From the NCBI RefSeq assembly GCF_000400465.1, contig NW_008806278.1:512190-544189 (forward strand): a DNA stretch of 32,000 nucleotides, written 5' to 3'. The translations under genes and the position numbers were made by a program. This DNA is from Wallemia ichthyophaga EXF-994. Lineage: Eukaryota > Fungi > Basidiomycota. Shown piece after piece: positions 10,243 through 21,343 of the stretch. Under the pieces are notes generated by a model, which worked only from the letters and a program-made list of their open reading frames with translations, ran no database searches and was not told the origin of the DNA. Each line of letters opens with the position of its first letter. Within the stretch, counting starts at the first letter, position 1.

Positions 10243-13234
10243 CTAATTGTCTGCATCAAGACCTTGCGTTCTACCGTAGAGTCTGTAAACATCTCTGTCA
10301 GAGCGTTCGTGAACAATCGTGATTCTTTGGAGCTCATTCATAAAGTCTTCAACGCGTCTGTCGATCTTTCCTCTCTGTGTTCTGCCAATATTGTTGATTG
10401 CTTTCATGTTGTTCATGACAATGTATGCCAATGTGCAAACAATCATAACTGCGATAGAGAAACACCAAACCTTGACAACAGTGACAATGTCGGTATGACC
10501 GTTGTGATCTTCGTCATCAGAGTGGAACCAACCGAAGAGTGTGAAAATTGTAGCGAGAATATCAACACCAGCAATGGCACCAGTGAGTTGCCAAGATGGC
10601 CACTTGAACTCACCCTCGCCAGTTCTTGTCAAGAAAATTAACCAGTTCTCTGTGAGACAGACCTCCAAGAAAAGAATGTGCTGAATACCACCCCAGTTCT
10701 GAATAACACCTCCATTGTTGAGGAAGAGTGTACCTCTGAGAATCCAGGTACCAGCTGCCAAGATAATTCCGAGAACGGTTGACATGATCCAGATCTTTGG
10801 AAGTTGCCATTCAACTGGCTTGAGAGCGTATGGTGCGTTGTCATATGCAACAGCGACAGTAGCCAAATCAGCGAATAAGGCAATCCAGACAATCAAGTCT
10901 GCGCGGATGGTTTCGTTCATGATGATGATTGAGAGTGTGAGATATATTTCCAAGTGGAGACAGAGTGCAATACGGTAGACAATGTAAGCCTTCATGCGGT
11001 GGAAGATTTCACGAGCGACCTTGATAGCAGTAATGATAGTTGAAAGACCTTCATCGAGGAAAACGACAGCAGCAGCTGAACGAGCTGCATCGGAAGCACC
11101 TTCAACAGCGATACCACAGTCAGCCTTCTTGAGTGCAGGAGCGTCGTTGACACCATCACCAGTCATGGCTGTTAAGTGGCCACGGTGTTGGAGCATTTCA
11201 ACAATTTGGTACTTGTGTTCAGGGAAGACCTCACCGAAACCATCAGCGTTTTCAATAAAGTCGTGCATTTCAGAACCAGCCATTGAGCCACCGCCGATGA
11301 GTCTGTGTGAGTCGTATACCTGAGTTTTGTTAGCAAAAATGATAAGTGTCTCAGATGTGACTCACATTAGTACCCATACCAAGCATCTTGCAAGTCTCCT
11401 TAGCGATAGCGACAGCATCACCAGTCAACATTTTCACACCAACGCCGAGCTTGATAGCTTCACCGACGGTAGCAGCAGTGTCGTGACGTGGAGGATCGAA
11501 CATAGGGAGCAAACCGAGTACTTGCCAGTCACCATTGTTTTCTTGAACTGCAACACCAAGGGAACGGAAACCTCTTGAAGCGAATTCCATAGTTTGGTCG
11601 CGGAAGGCCTGAGCTGTTTGTGGTGGACATGCGCACATCTTGAGGATTGAGTTTGGAGCACCCTTAGCGCAAGTGTAAGTAATACCGTCACGCTCGACAA
11701 TTGAAGTAATACGCTTGGATACTGGGTCGAATGGTCTGAAATCCTTTGTTACCCAACCTGTCTTGAGCATTTCTGTTGCCTTTGGGTATTCCTTAAGAGT
11801 GGAAATGGTGATCTTGTCGATAGGGTCCAATGACTTAACGTTGTGAGATGAGGCGAGGGCAGCAACGCACATCATCCAATCCATGTCAACACCCTCGGCT
11901 GTGTATGGTTCGTGGATCGAGAGCTTGTTAGCGGTAAGAGTACCAGTCTTGTCTGAGCAGAGTATGTCACATCCAGCCAATGACTCGATTGAGGTGAGCT
12001 TCTGTACGATAGCTTGTCTCTTGGCGAGGTACGCGGCACCAACAGCGAGCGTAGTGGTGGTAACAACTGGTAAACCAACTGGAACACCAATAACAGCGAA
12101 GATAAGAGTGTAGACAAGCAAGTTGTTGTCTCTTGGTTGAGCAATCTCTACGTTCCGGAAGAAACAACCAATCCAGACGGCGAACAAGAAGACAATAACA
12201 AGAACGAGAAGAGTACCAGCGATAATGTTCATGACCTTGACAAAGTGACCCTTTTCGTTAGATCCGAGGACGAGTGCTGCTGTCTTACCAACGAAAGAGA
12301 TTGGTGCAGTCATCTTGACGCGTGCAAACACCTTGCCACGCTTGCAGATGGTGGTATAGAAAGCGATGTCACCGTGGTACTTGTCGACAGCGAGAGATTC
12401 ACCAGTGATAGCAGATTGGTCGGCGGCTAAGATGGATGGGCCTTTACCATAAGAGTCTTCTTCATCTTCCGTCTTTTCTTTCTTCGTCTCTGCCTTCACC
12501 TTTTCGAATACCTCTCTAGCTCTCGAGCCATCCTTGTCCTTGTAGTCTGCAAGCAACTCGCAGTCTGCTGGAATAGTAGAGCCTTCTTCGATGACGACAA
12601 TATCGCCAGGAACCAACATTCTTGCTTCGACTTCTTGTTCTTGTCCATCGCGAATGACGATAGTACGAAGAGCGATACCTTTTTTGAGCTGTGCTACAAT
12701 GTCACCAGCTTGCTTTTCTTGGTAGAAACCAACGAAAGCGTTGAGAAGGAGAATACCAATGATGACACCGAAGTCGACCCATTCACGAAGACCACCGGCA
12801 AGGGCGACGGCACCTTCCATAACATAGAGGACAGGGCCTCTAAAGAAACCAATAAATTTGAGTACCAAGTTCTCTTCTGGAGACTCTAACTCGTTGAAAC
12901 CGAACTGGCGACGACGTGGATCGACGTCACCTGAGCTGATACCATGTTTAATATCAGCATGCATCCAATCATCTGGCACTGATTTGCCTTGCTGTCTAAT
13001 TTCGATTTTCTTCCAAGGCGCATACCACGGCTAGTTTGTTGGTTAGTAAGTCATGTCTCAGTTTGTAATACCACTCACCCTCTTATACTCGATGTTGTCG
13101 TCTTGCACATCTTGAGCGTCGTCTGCTTTTCTCAACTCAACGTTGTGGATATAATCTACCAGCGCGTTGTATTCATGCTGCGGGCTATCCTCCTCTTCGT
13201 ATCTTGGTTGTTTTTCCCCGTCTAGGAATGACAT
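10243..13234 (-). CDS. PMA1: Plasma-membrane H+-ATPase (P-type IIIA), full length, about 965 aa
   Basis: Exons 13234-13079, 13030-11366 and 11319-10243; introns 13031-13078 and 11320-11365 (GTGAGT...AG with CTAAC). Motifs [54 protein letters not shown]. Confidence 0.97.
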
Positions 13235-13674
13235 AGCGAAAGAATTGTAGTTGGTGGGAGTTGATGGTCAAGCAGTCTTAGCCGCACTTGAAAGCTTCTG
13301 CCAAGTGATTTAGTGTGCTTTTGACTGGAATGTCATCCAAATTAGGAAAGTTGATTACCTCACTAAATCAAATCACCTTTGGTCGTTTAAGTAAATATTC
13401 ATTCTTCATTGACTAGTTTGTGTGATTTTATTGTGTTTTAAATCATGTGCTTTGCTTATCAGTACATCCTCGCGCGCAAATGCACGCCAAGTGGGGGCAT
13501 TTGACAGTTCATCAGCACAGCGGAATTTTCCAAAGGAAGAAGTAGAGCTGTCAAATGTATATCCTCGTCACGGTGATGAAATTCTAGTTGCGCGCTGTGC
13601 ACGTGCACTTGTACGAATTTTCTTTAATGATTTGCCAAATAAAAATTTATTCCTCTTCTATACAAATGTCCCAT
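13235..13674 (-). promoter_or_regulatory. PMA1 upstream region with two PacC/Rim101-type GCCAAG sites, a TGACAG inverted repeat and an E-box palindrome (copied at 18083-18522)
   Basis: GCCAAGTG at 13300-13307 and 13486-13493; CATTTGACAGTTC (13498-13510) / GAGCTGTCAAATG (13545-13557) inverted pair; GTGCACGTGCAC at 13597-13608. Function is inferred only. Confidence 0.4.
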
Positions 13675-15242
13675 TTACTGCCTCTTTATTGCATATGTGT
13701 AATGTAGCTCTTCAACAATTCTATATTTTGTTAGCGTCGTCTCTTTAGCAGCTCTTGCTATTATGTTATTGATATCAGGTTCATAGTAACCTCGTTTAAG
13801 GAAAATGGGTATAAATGATCTAAACAGGTTGAGTAGATCGTCTGCAAACAGATGCGCAACATGTCTATTAGGGAGCTTTGAGGTGTTTGTTAGCACTGTT
13901 ACTCCTGAAGAATCTCTCCACCCACATCAACCCCCGAGTACGCCGGCCATGCTCCAATACGAGCATGGAATACCTTGCTCTTTACTTCATCAAACTCCCC
14001 GGATGCTCTGACATAAGTCTCCAGCCTGTCACCGTCAAGCCCTGGGTCTAGACCTTTCTCAACAAACAATTGCTCTATCCAGGTAGCGAGAGTGCGGCAA
14101 CAAGGTCCAGCGGTCGTGGAGCGCGAAACAGTAGTCCACTTGGGTTCCATTAGTAGGAGCATTCCACCTGGCCTGAGAAGTGGGAGTGTGTCTTTAAGGA
14201 GCGCCGGGTAATCTTGTATAGCTGCATATAAACATCTAATTTGGATTGCATCGAAACTCTCTGGTTGATATGCCAATGTGAGATCTTTAGTGATATCGAC
14301 GCATCTATAGAAGCTGGTGCAAGTGTGAGAGGGTGTGGCGACGAAGAAAAGGTGAAGCCTACCAGTTCCTTGGTACTTGTCGTCTTTAGGAAGTGTGAGT
14401 AAAAAACACCCCAACTAAATCAACTAACTCACCCTTTTATTGGCGTGATGCATTGGATGTCATTGCCGTGAGTGCTGTAGGGTAATTTAGAGCAGTTCAA
14501 ATGAAAACAGCCTACCCACTCTGCTCCTGGGAACTGCTGAGCTAATTCCATTGCCCTGAAAGAGGATTATCAGTGTTGCTCTCTCTAAACCACACAAAAC
14601 ACACCAAATACCAGTCCCAGCACCCCAATCGCCGATGACACCCTTTTTTCCTGCTCGTGTAGTTCTTGAGACAACCTCACTAAGCGGACCCCACCAAAGG
14701 CCACCGATAATGAACTGCGCGAGGGCGTGACAGTTAGGAGGTTATGCGTTTGCGAGCCTAGGCAACCCACTTTAAACAGCTCATGCTCTCTATTCAGCCG
14801 CAAGTTCTCAGATTCACCTTGCGGGATCTGAGAAGCATTTAGAGTGTATCGTCGAGTACGCCCTCAAAACCCACAACATAAACTTTATCGTCGTATTTAA
14901 TATTTGCGAGGTCTATAGGATGCCTCCCGTTGAGCTTTTCGATCTCTAATAAGCCAAATGAGCCAGAATCCACGCTATTATATCCCACCCACCGTTATCG
15001 TTGTTGAGAGTCGTCTGACGGTAGCCAGCATCAATCGGTCTAAGCTGGTACTCGGGGTTGTACGGGAAAGACTGTTGTGCGGCCGTGGTAAGCGGTTCAG
15101 TTGCTGCCTTGTACTCGTTGTAGTAATACAGGCTCGGACTCTGTTGGACTTGCTTTGTGGAGGCTGATTGTATCTGGGCGAGTAGCGCACTGGCGTTGTT
15201 GATGTATTCCTTCTTGGTCTGCTCAGTTTGCTCTTCCATCAC
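13675..15242 (-). CDS. Class I SAM-dependent methyltransferase, LaeA-like family, copy A (391 aa, 9 exons)
   Basis: Exons 15242-14993, 14945-14875, 14827-14771, 14714-14605, 14555-14520, 14474-14433, 14383-14363, 14313-13926, 13875-13675. All 8 GT-AG introns are phase-compatible. Spliced product has ESENLRLNREHELFK, SAM motif I DWGAGTGIWAMELAQQFPGA, FDAIQIR and LLRPGGMLLLME. Confidence 0.85.
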
Positions 15243-15510
15243 TCGCTGAGCCTATTTCAACGTGGTGGTTCAAGAAGGAGTGATCCAAGAGAGGGGCGCC
15301 TGTTCATGTGCCTTCTATTTCATCCACACGATGCACGGGATTTTCACAAGGCTCACGCGGGGGGTGCACACCTCAACGCACATCTTTTCACATTTCGGAC
15401 AGGCACATAAGATAAGGCACAATGCTGTTTTTGGGTGTGTCTGTGTGTTTGCCTGTGCTTTCTGCTTTTGTCTATGTAATCTTTCATGTATGCATTATAC
15501 TACTGCCACT

Positions 15511-16354
15511 TCACGCGCCATCCGCCTGCTTCCTCTGTTTAACTCTCTGCGCCTTCTGTCTACTTTCTTCCAACTCTCTCCTGACCATCAAGCCCTCTGC
15601 TCCAGCTTCAGCGAGGAGATTGATAATAAGTTCACCCGCTCTCTCGCTGTCGTCGTTGGCGGGTATGGCATACGTGACACCCCTTGGATCACCGTCACTG
15701 TCCATCAATCCAACAGTCGGTACTCGAGTAAGAGCACACTCCCTCAGTGCGTGTGGATATGTCTGTGGATTACTGAACACAACCAAATCAGGAAGTGGTG
15801 GTGGTTGCTCTGGTTTTCCTCCTGGCAACAATCTGTAGCGATTAGTGAGCGTACCAGGCAGCCAGTTGTTCGGTACGCAGAACCCGTTACCCTCCAATTT
15901 CTCAGCTGCTCTCTCAGTTGCTCTCTTCACGATCGTAGTCCTCGTCTTGCCTCCAACGAAAAGAACGATGCCGTCACGCTCAACAACGCCTCTGACGACT
16001 GCTGCTGCTCTCCTAATGGCAACGAGTGTCTGCTCCAAGTCAATTATAGATTGTCCATGCCTTGTGCCGTAGATGTAAGGTCTCATTGAAGGATTCCACT
16101 CGCTGTGATTGTGTCCAAGGTGAGCACCTGCTGCTGTTAATGCACCAACTAAGCTGTCAATTGGCTGCTGTGACGTAGGCAGCCTCGTCTTCCATGGCTT
16201 GTAGGCGTTAGATGAGTTTTGCGTGGATCCCAAATGCTCGAGTGATTCGACTTTAAAATGGCTTGTTTAGATGATGATTGGAGTGAATTAAGCTATCTCA
16301 CCATTCTCTTTCTGGATTAACCGCTGCTTCAAGCTAAGCTCGTTGCTGTCGTGC
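15511..16354 (-). pseudogene. MRP4: 5'-truncated mitochondrial ribosomal protein uS2m, copy A, fused behind the PMA1 fragment
   Basis: Has the last exon (16250-15511), intron 16251-16301 and part of exon 2, but lacks the promoter, exon 1 and the first 32 codons, which are replaced by PMA1 sequence at 16355. Confidence 0.85.
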
Positions 16355-18082
16355 GAGCAAACCGAGTACTTGCCAGTCACCATTGTTTTCTTGAACTGCA
16401 ACACCAAGGGAACGGAAACCTCTTGAAGCGAATTCCATAGTTTGGTCGCGGAAGGCCTGAGCTGTTTGTGGTGGACATGCGCACATCTTGAGGATTGAGT
16501 TTGGAGCACCCTTAGCGCAAGTGTAAGTAATACCGTCACGCTCGACAATTGAAGTAATACGCTTGGATACTGGGTCGAATGGTCTGAAATCCTTTGTTAC
16601 CCAACCTGTCTTGAGCATTTCTGTTGCCTTTGGGTATTCCTTAAGAGTGGAAATGGTGATCTTGTCGATAGGGTCCAATGACTTAACGTTGTGAGATGAG
16701 GCGAGGGCAGCAACGCACATCATCCAATCCATGTCAACACCCTCGGCTGTGTATGGTTCGTGGATCGAGAGCTTGTTAGCGGTAAGAGTACCAGTCTTGT
16801 CTGAGCAGAGTATGTCACATCCAGCCAATGACTCGATTGAGGTGAGCTTCTGTACGATAGCTTGTCTCTTGGCGAGGTACGCGGCACCAACAGCGAGCGT
16901 AGTGGTGGTAACAACTGGTAAACCAACTGGAACACCAATAACAGCGAAGATAAGAGTGTAGACAAGCAAGTTGTTGTCTCTTGGTTGAGCAATCTCTACG
17001 TTCCGGAAGAAACAACCAATCCAGACGGCGAACAAGAAGACAATAACAAGAACGAGAAGAGTACCAGCGATAATGTTCATGACCTTGACAAAGTGACCCT
17101 TTTCGTTAGATCCGAGGACGAGTGCTGCTGTCTTACCAACGAAAGAGATTGGTGCAGTCATCTTGACGCGTGCAAACACCTTGCCACGCTTGCAGATGGT
17201 GGTATAGAAAGCGATGTCACCGTGGTACTTGTCGACAGCGAGAGATTCACCAGTGATAGCAGATTGGTCGGCGGCTAAGATGGATGGGCCTTTACCATAA
17301 GAGTCTTCTTCATCTTCCGTCTTTTCTTTCTTCGTCTCTGCCTTCACCTTTTCGAATACCTCTCTAGCTCTCGAGCCATCCTTGTCCTTGTAGTCTGCAA
17401 GCAACTCGCAGTCTGCTGGAATAGTAGAGCCTTCTTCGATGACGACAATATCGCCAGGAACCAACATTCTTGCTTCGACTTCTTGTTCTTGTCCATCGCG
17501 AATGACGATAGTACGAAGAGCGATACCTTTTTTGAGCTGTGCTACAATGTCACCAGCTTGCTTTTCTTGGTAGAAACCAACGAAAGCGTTGAGAAGGAGA
17601 ATACCAATGATGACACCGAAGTCGACCCATTCACGAAGACCACCGGCAAGGGCGACGGCACCTTCCATAACATAGAGGACAGGGCCTCTAAAGAAACCAA
17701 TAAATTTGAGTACCAAGTTCTCTTCTGGAGACTCTAACTCGTTGAAACCGAACTGGCGACGACGTGGATCGACGTCACCTGAGCTGATACCATGTTTAAT
17801 ATCAGCATGCATCCAATCATCTGGCACTGATTTGCCTTGCTGTCTAATTTCGATTTTCTTCCAAGGCGCATACCACGGCTAGTTTGTTGGTTAGTAAGTC
17901 ATGTCTCAGTTTGTAATACCACTCACCCTCTTATACTCGATGTTGTCGTCTTGCACATCTTGAGCGTCGTCTGCTTTTCTCAACTCAACGTTGTGGATAT
18001 AATCTACCAGCGCGTTGTATTCATGCTGCGGGCTATCCTCCTCTTCGTATCTTGGTTGTTTTTCCCCGTCTAGGAATGACAT
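16334..18082 (-). pseudogene. PMA1: 3'-truncated PMA1 copy (560 Pma1 residues + ARQQRA, stop)
   Basis: Exon 18082-17927, intron 17879-17926, exon 17878-16334. Identical to PMA1 up to ...WQVLGLL, then reads out of frame into MRP4 exon 2 and stops at TAG 16336-16334. Confidence 0.9.
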
Positions 18083-21000
18083 AGCGAAAGAATTGTAGTT
18101 GGTGGGAGTTGATGGTCAAGCAGTCTTAGCCGCACTTGAAAGCTTCTGCCAAGTGATTTAGTGTGCTTTTGACTGGAATGTCATCCAAATTAGGAAAGTT
18201 GATTACCTCACTAAATCAAATCACCTTTGGTCGTTTAAGTAAATATTCATTCTTCATTGACTAGTTTGTGTGATTTTATTGTGTTTTAAATCATGTGCTT
18301 TGCTTATCAGTACATCCTCGCGCGCAAATGCACGCCAAGTGGGGGCATTTGACAGTTCATCAGCACAGCGGAATTTTCCAAAGGAAGAAGTAGAGCTGTC
18401 AAATGTATATCCTCGTCACGGTGATGAAATTCTAGTTGCGCGCTGTGCACGTGCACTTGTACGAATTTTCTTTAATGATTTGCCAAATAAAAATTTATTC
18501 CTCTTCTATACAAATGTCCCATTTACTGCCTCTTTATTGCATATGTGTAATGTAGCTCTTCAACAATTCTATATTTTGTTAGCGTCGTCTCTTTAGCAGC
18601 TCTTGCTATTATGTTATTGATATCAGGTTCATAGTAACCTCGTTTAAGGAAAATGGGTATAAATGATCTAAACAGGTTGAGTAGATCGTCTGCAAACAGA
18701 TGCGCAACATGTCTATTAGGGAGCTTTGAGGTGTTTGTTAGCACTGTTACTCCTGAAGAATCTCTCCACCCACATCAACCCCCGAGTACGCCGGCCATGC
18801 TCCAATACGAGCATGGAATACCTTGCTCTTTACTTCATCAAACTCCCCGGATGCTCTGACATAAGTCTCCAGCCTGTCACCGTCAAGCCCTGGGTCTAGA
18901 CCTTTCTCAACAAACAATTGCTCTATCCAGGTAGCGAGAGTGCGGCAACAAGGTCCAGCGGTCGTGGAGCGCGAAACAGTAGTCCACTTGGGTTCCATTA
19001 GTAGGAGCATTCCACCTGGCCTGAGAAGTGGGAGTGTGTCTTTAAGGAGCGCCGGGTAATCTTGTATAGCTGCATATAAACATCTAATTTGGATTGCATC
19101 GAAACTCTCTGGTTGATATGCCAATGTGAGATCTTTAGTGATATCGACGCATCTATAGAAGCTGGTGCAAGTGTGAGAGGGTGTGGCGACGAAGAAAAGG
19201 TGAAGCCTACCAGTTCCTTGGTACTTGTCGTCTTTAGGAAGTGTGAGTAAAAAACACCCCAACTAAATCAACTAACTCACCCTTTTATTGGCGTGATGCA
19301 TTGGATGTCATTGCCGTGAGTGCTGTAGGGTAATTTAGAGCAGTTCAAATGAAAACAGCCTACCCACTCTGCTCCTGGGAACTGCTGAGCTAATTCCATT
19401 GCCCTGAAAGAGGATTATCAGTGTTGCTCTCTCTAAACCACACAAAACACACCAAATACCAGTCCCAGCACCCCAATCGCCGATGACACCCTTTTTTCCT
19501 GCTCGTGTAGTTCTTGAGACAACCTCACTAAGCGGACCCCACCAAAGGCCACCGATAATGAACTGCGCGAGGGCGTGACAGTTAGGAGGTTATGCGTTTG
19601 CGAGCCTAGGCAACCCACTTTAAACAGCTCATGCTCTCTATTCAGCCGCAAGTTCTCAGATTCACCTTGCGGGATCTGAGAAGCATTTAGAGTGTATCGT
19701 CGAGTACGCCCTCAAAACCCACAACATAAACTTTATCGTCGTATTTAATATTTGCGAGGTCTATAGGATGCCTCCCGTTGAGCTTTTCGATCTCTAATAA
19801 GCCAAATGAGCCAGAATCCACGCTATTATATCCCACCCACCGTTATCGTTGTTGAGAGTCGTCTGACGGTAGCCAGCATCAATCGGTCTAAGCTGGTACT
19901 CGGGGTTGTACGGGAAAGACTGTTGTGCGGCCGTGGTAAGCGGTTCAGTTGCTGCCTTGTACTCGTTGTAGTAATACAGGCTCGGACTCTGTTGGACTTG
20001 CTTTGTGGAGGCTGATTGTATCTGGGCGAGTAGCGCACTGGCGTTGTTGATGTATTCCTTCTTGGTCTGCTCAGTTTGCTCTTCCATCACTCGCTGAGCC
20101 TATTTCAACGTGGTGGTTCAAGAAGGAGTGATCCAAGAGAGGGGCGCCTGTTCATGTGCCTTCTATTTCATCCACACGATGCACGGGATTTTCACAAGGC
20201 TCACGCGGGGGGTGCACACCTCAACGCACATCTTTTCACATTTCGGACAGGCACATAAGATAAGGCACAATGCTGTTTTTGGGTGTGTCTGTGTGTTTGC
20301 CTGTGCTTTCTGCTTTTGTCTATGTAATCTTTCATGTATGCATTATACTACTGCCACTTCACGCGCCATCCGCCTGCTTCCTCTGTTTAACTCTCTGCGC
20401 CTTCTGTCTACTTTCTTCCAACTCTCTCCTGACCATCAAGCCCTCTGCTCCAGCTTCAGCGAGGAGATTGATAATAAGTTCACCCGCTCTCTCGCTGTCG
20501 TCGTTGGCGGGTATGGCATACGTGACACCCCTTGGATCACCGTCACTGTCCATCAATCCAACAGTCGGTACTCGAGTAAGAGCACACTCCCTCAGTGCGT
20601 GTGGATATGTCTGTGGATTACTGAACACAACCAAATCAGGAAGTGGTGGTGGTTGCTCTGGTTTTCCTCCTGGCAACAATCTGTAGCGATTAGTGAGCGT
20701 ACCAGGCAGCCAGTTGTTCGGTACGCAGAACCCGTTACCCTCCAATTTCTCAGCTGCTCTCTCAGTTGCTCTCTTCACGATCGTAGTCCTCGTCTTGCCT
20801 CCAACGAAAAGAACGATGCCGTCACGCTCAACAACGCCTCTGACGACTGCTGCTGCTCTCCTAATGGCAACGAGTGTCTGCTCCAAGTCAATTATAGATT
20901 GTCCATGCCTTGTGCCGTAGATGTAAGGTCTCATTGAAGGATTCCACTCGCTGTGATTGTGTCCAAGGTGAGCACCTGCTGCTGTTAATGCACCAACTAA

Positions 21001-21202
21001 GCTGTCAATTGGCTGCTGTGACGTAGGCAGCCTCGTCTTCCATGGCTTGTAGGCGTTAGATGAGTTTTGCGTGGATCCCAAATGCTCGAGTGATTCGACT
21101 TTAAAATGGCTTGTTTAGATGATGATTGGAGTGAATTAAGCTATCTCACCATTCTCTTTCTGGATTAACCGCTGCTTCAAGCTAAGCTCGTTGCTGTCGT
21201 GC
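16355..21202 (+). repeat. Tandem duplication unit B (4,848 bp)
   Basis: Right boundary: 16354=21202=C, then 16355=G versus 21203=T (mismatch). Junction reads ...gctgtcgtgc|gagcaaaccg... Confidence 0.95.
18523..20090 (-). CDS. Class I SAM-dependent methyltransferase, LaeA-like family, copy B
   Basis: Same exon structure as copy A shifted by +4848. Confidence 0.85.
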
Positions 21203-21343
21203 TCGAGTGTGCCATCTCTTGCATATACCACTGATCTTCTCGCAGAAGATGTAAACGTACGAGCTGTGCTGTGTTAGCTGATTCTGCTGAAATGATGGCC
21301 ATCTCTCACCTGCGACGCTGCCTCCGCGAACAATTCCCTTCAT
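20359..21343 (-). CDS. MRP4: Mitochondrial ribosomal protein uS2m, intact copy (295 aa)
   Basis: Exons 21343-21310, 21263-21150 and 21098-20359; introns 21264-21309 (GTGAGA...GCTAAC...CAG) and 21099-21149. Presequence MKGIVRGGSVAARTFTSSARR; S2 motifs AGAHLGH, WNPSMRPYIYG, GILLFVG-like GIVLFVG, WLPGTLTN, IPANDDS. Confidence 0.9.

Larger units (their letters stand above)
11507..16354 (+). repeat. Tandem duplication unit A (4,848 bp)
   Basis: Sequence recurs at +4848. All ORF translations in the track are identical between the copies, and spot-checked intergenic DNA is identical. Left boundary: 11506=G versus 16354=C (mismatch), identical from 11507/16355 onward. Confidence 0.95.

Noticed and set aside
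15262-16089. 275-aa plus-strand ORF (and its copy at 20110-20937)
   Set aside because: Antisense shadow of MRP4 with no protein-like features.
21202-21207. The right breakpoint of the duplication coincides with the top-strand cut of an XhoI site (C^TCGAG), hinting at a cloning artefact
   Set aside because: Other CTCGAG sites lie inside the repeat unit (e.g. near 15723 and 16237), and the left breakpoint has no restriction site, so this is probably coincidence.
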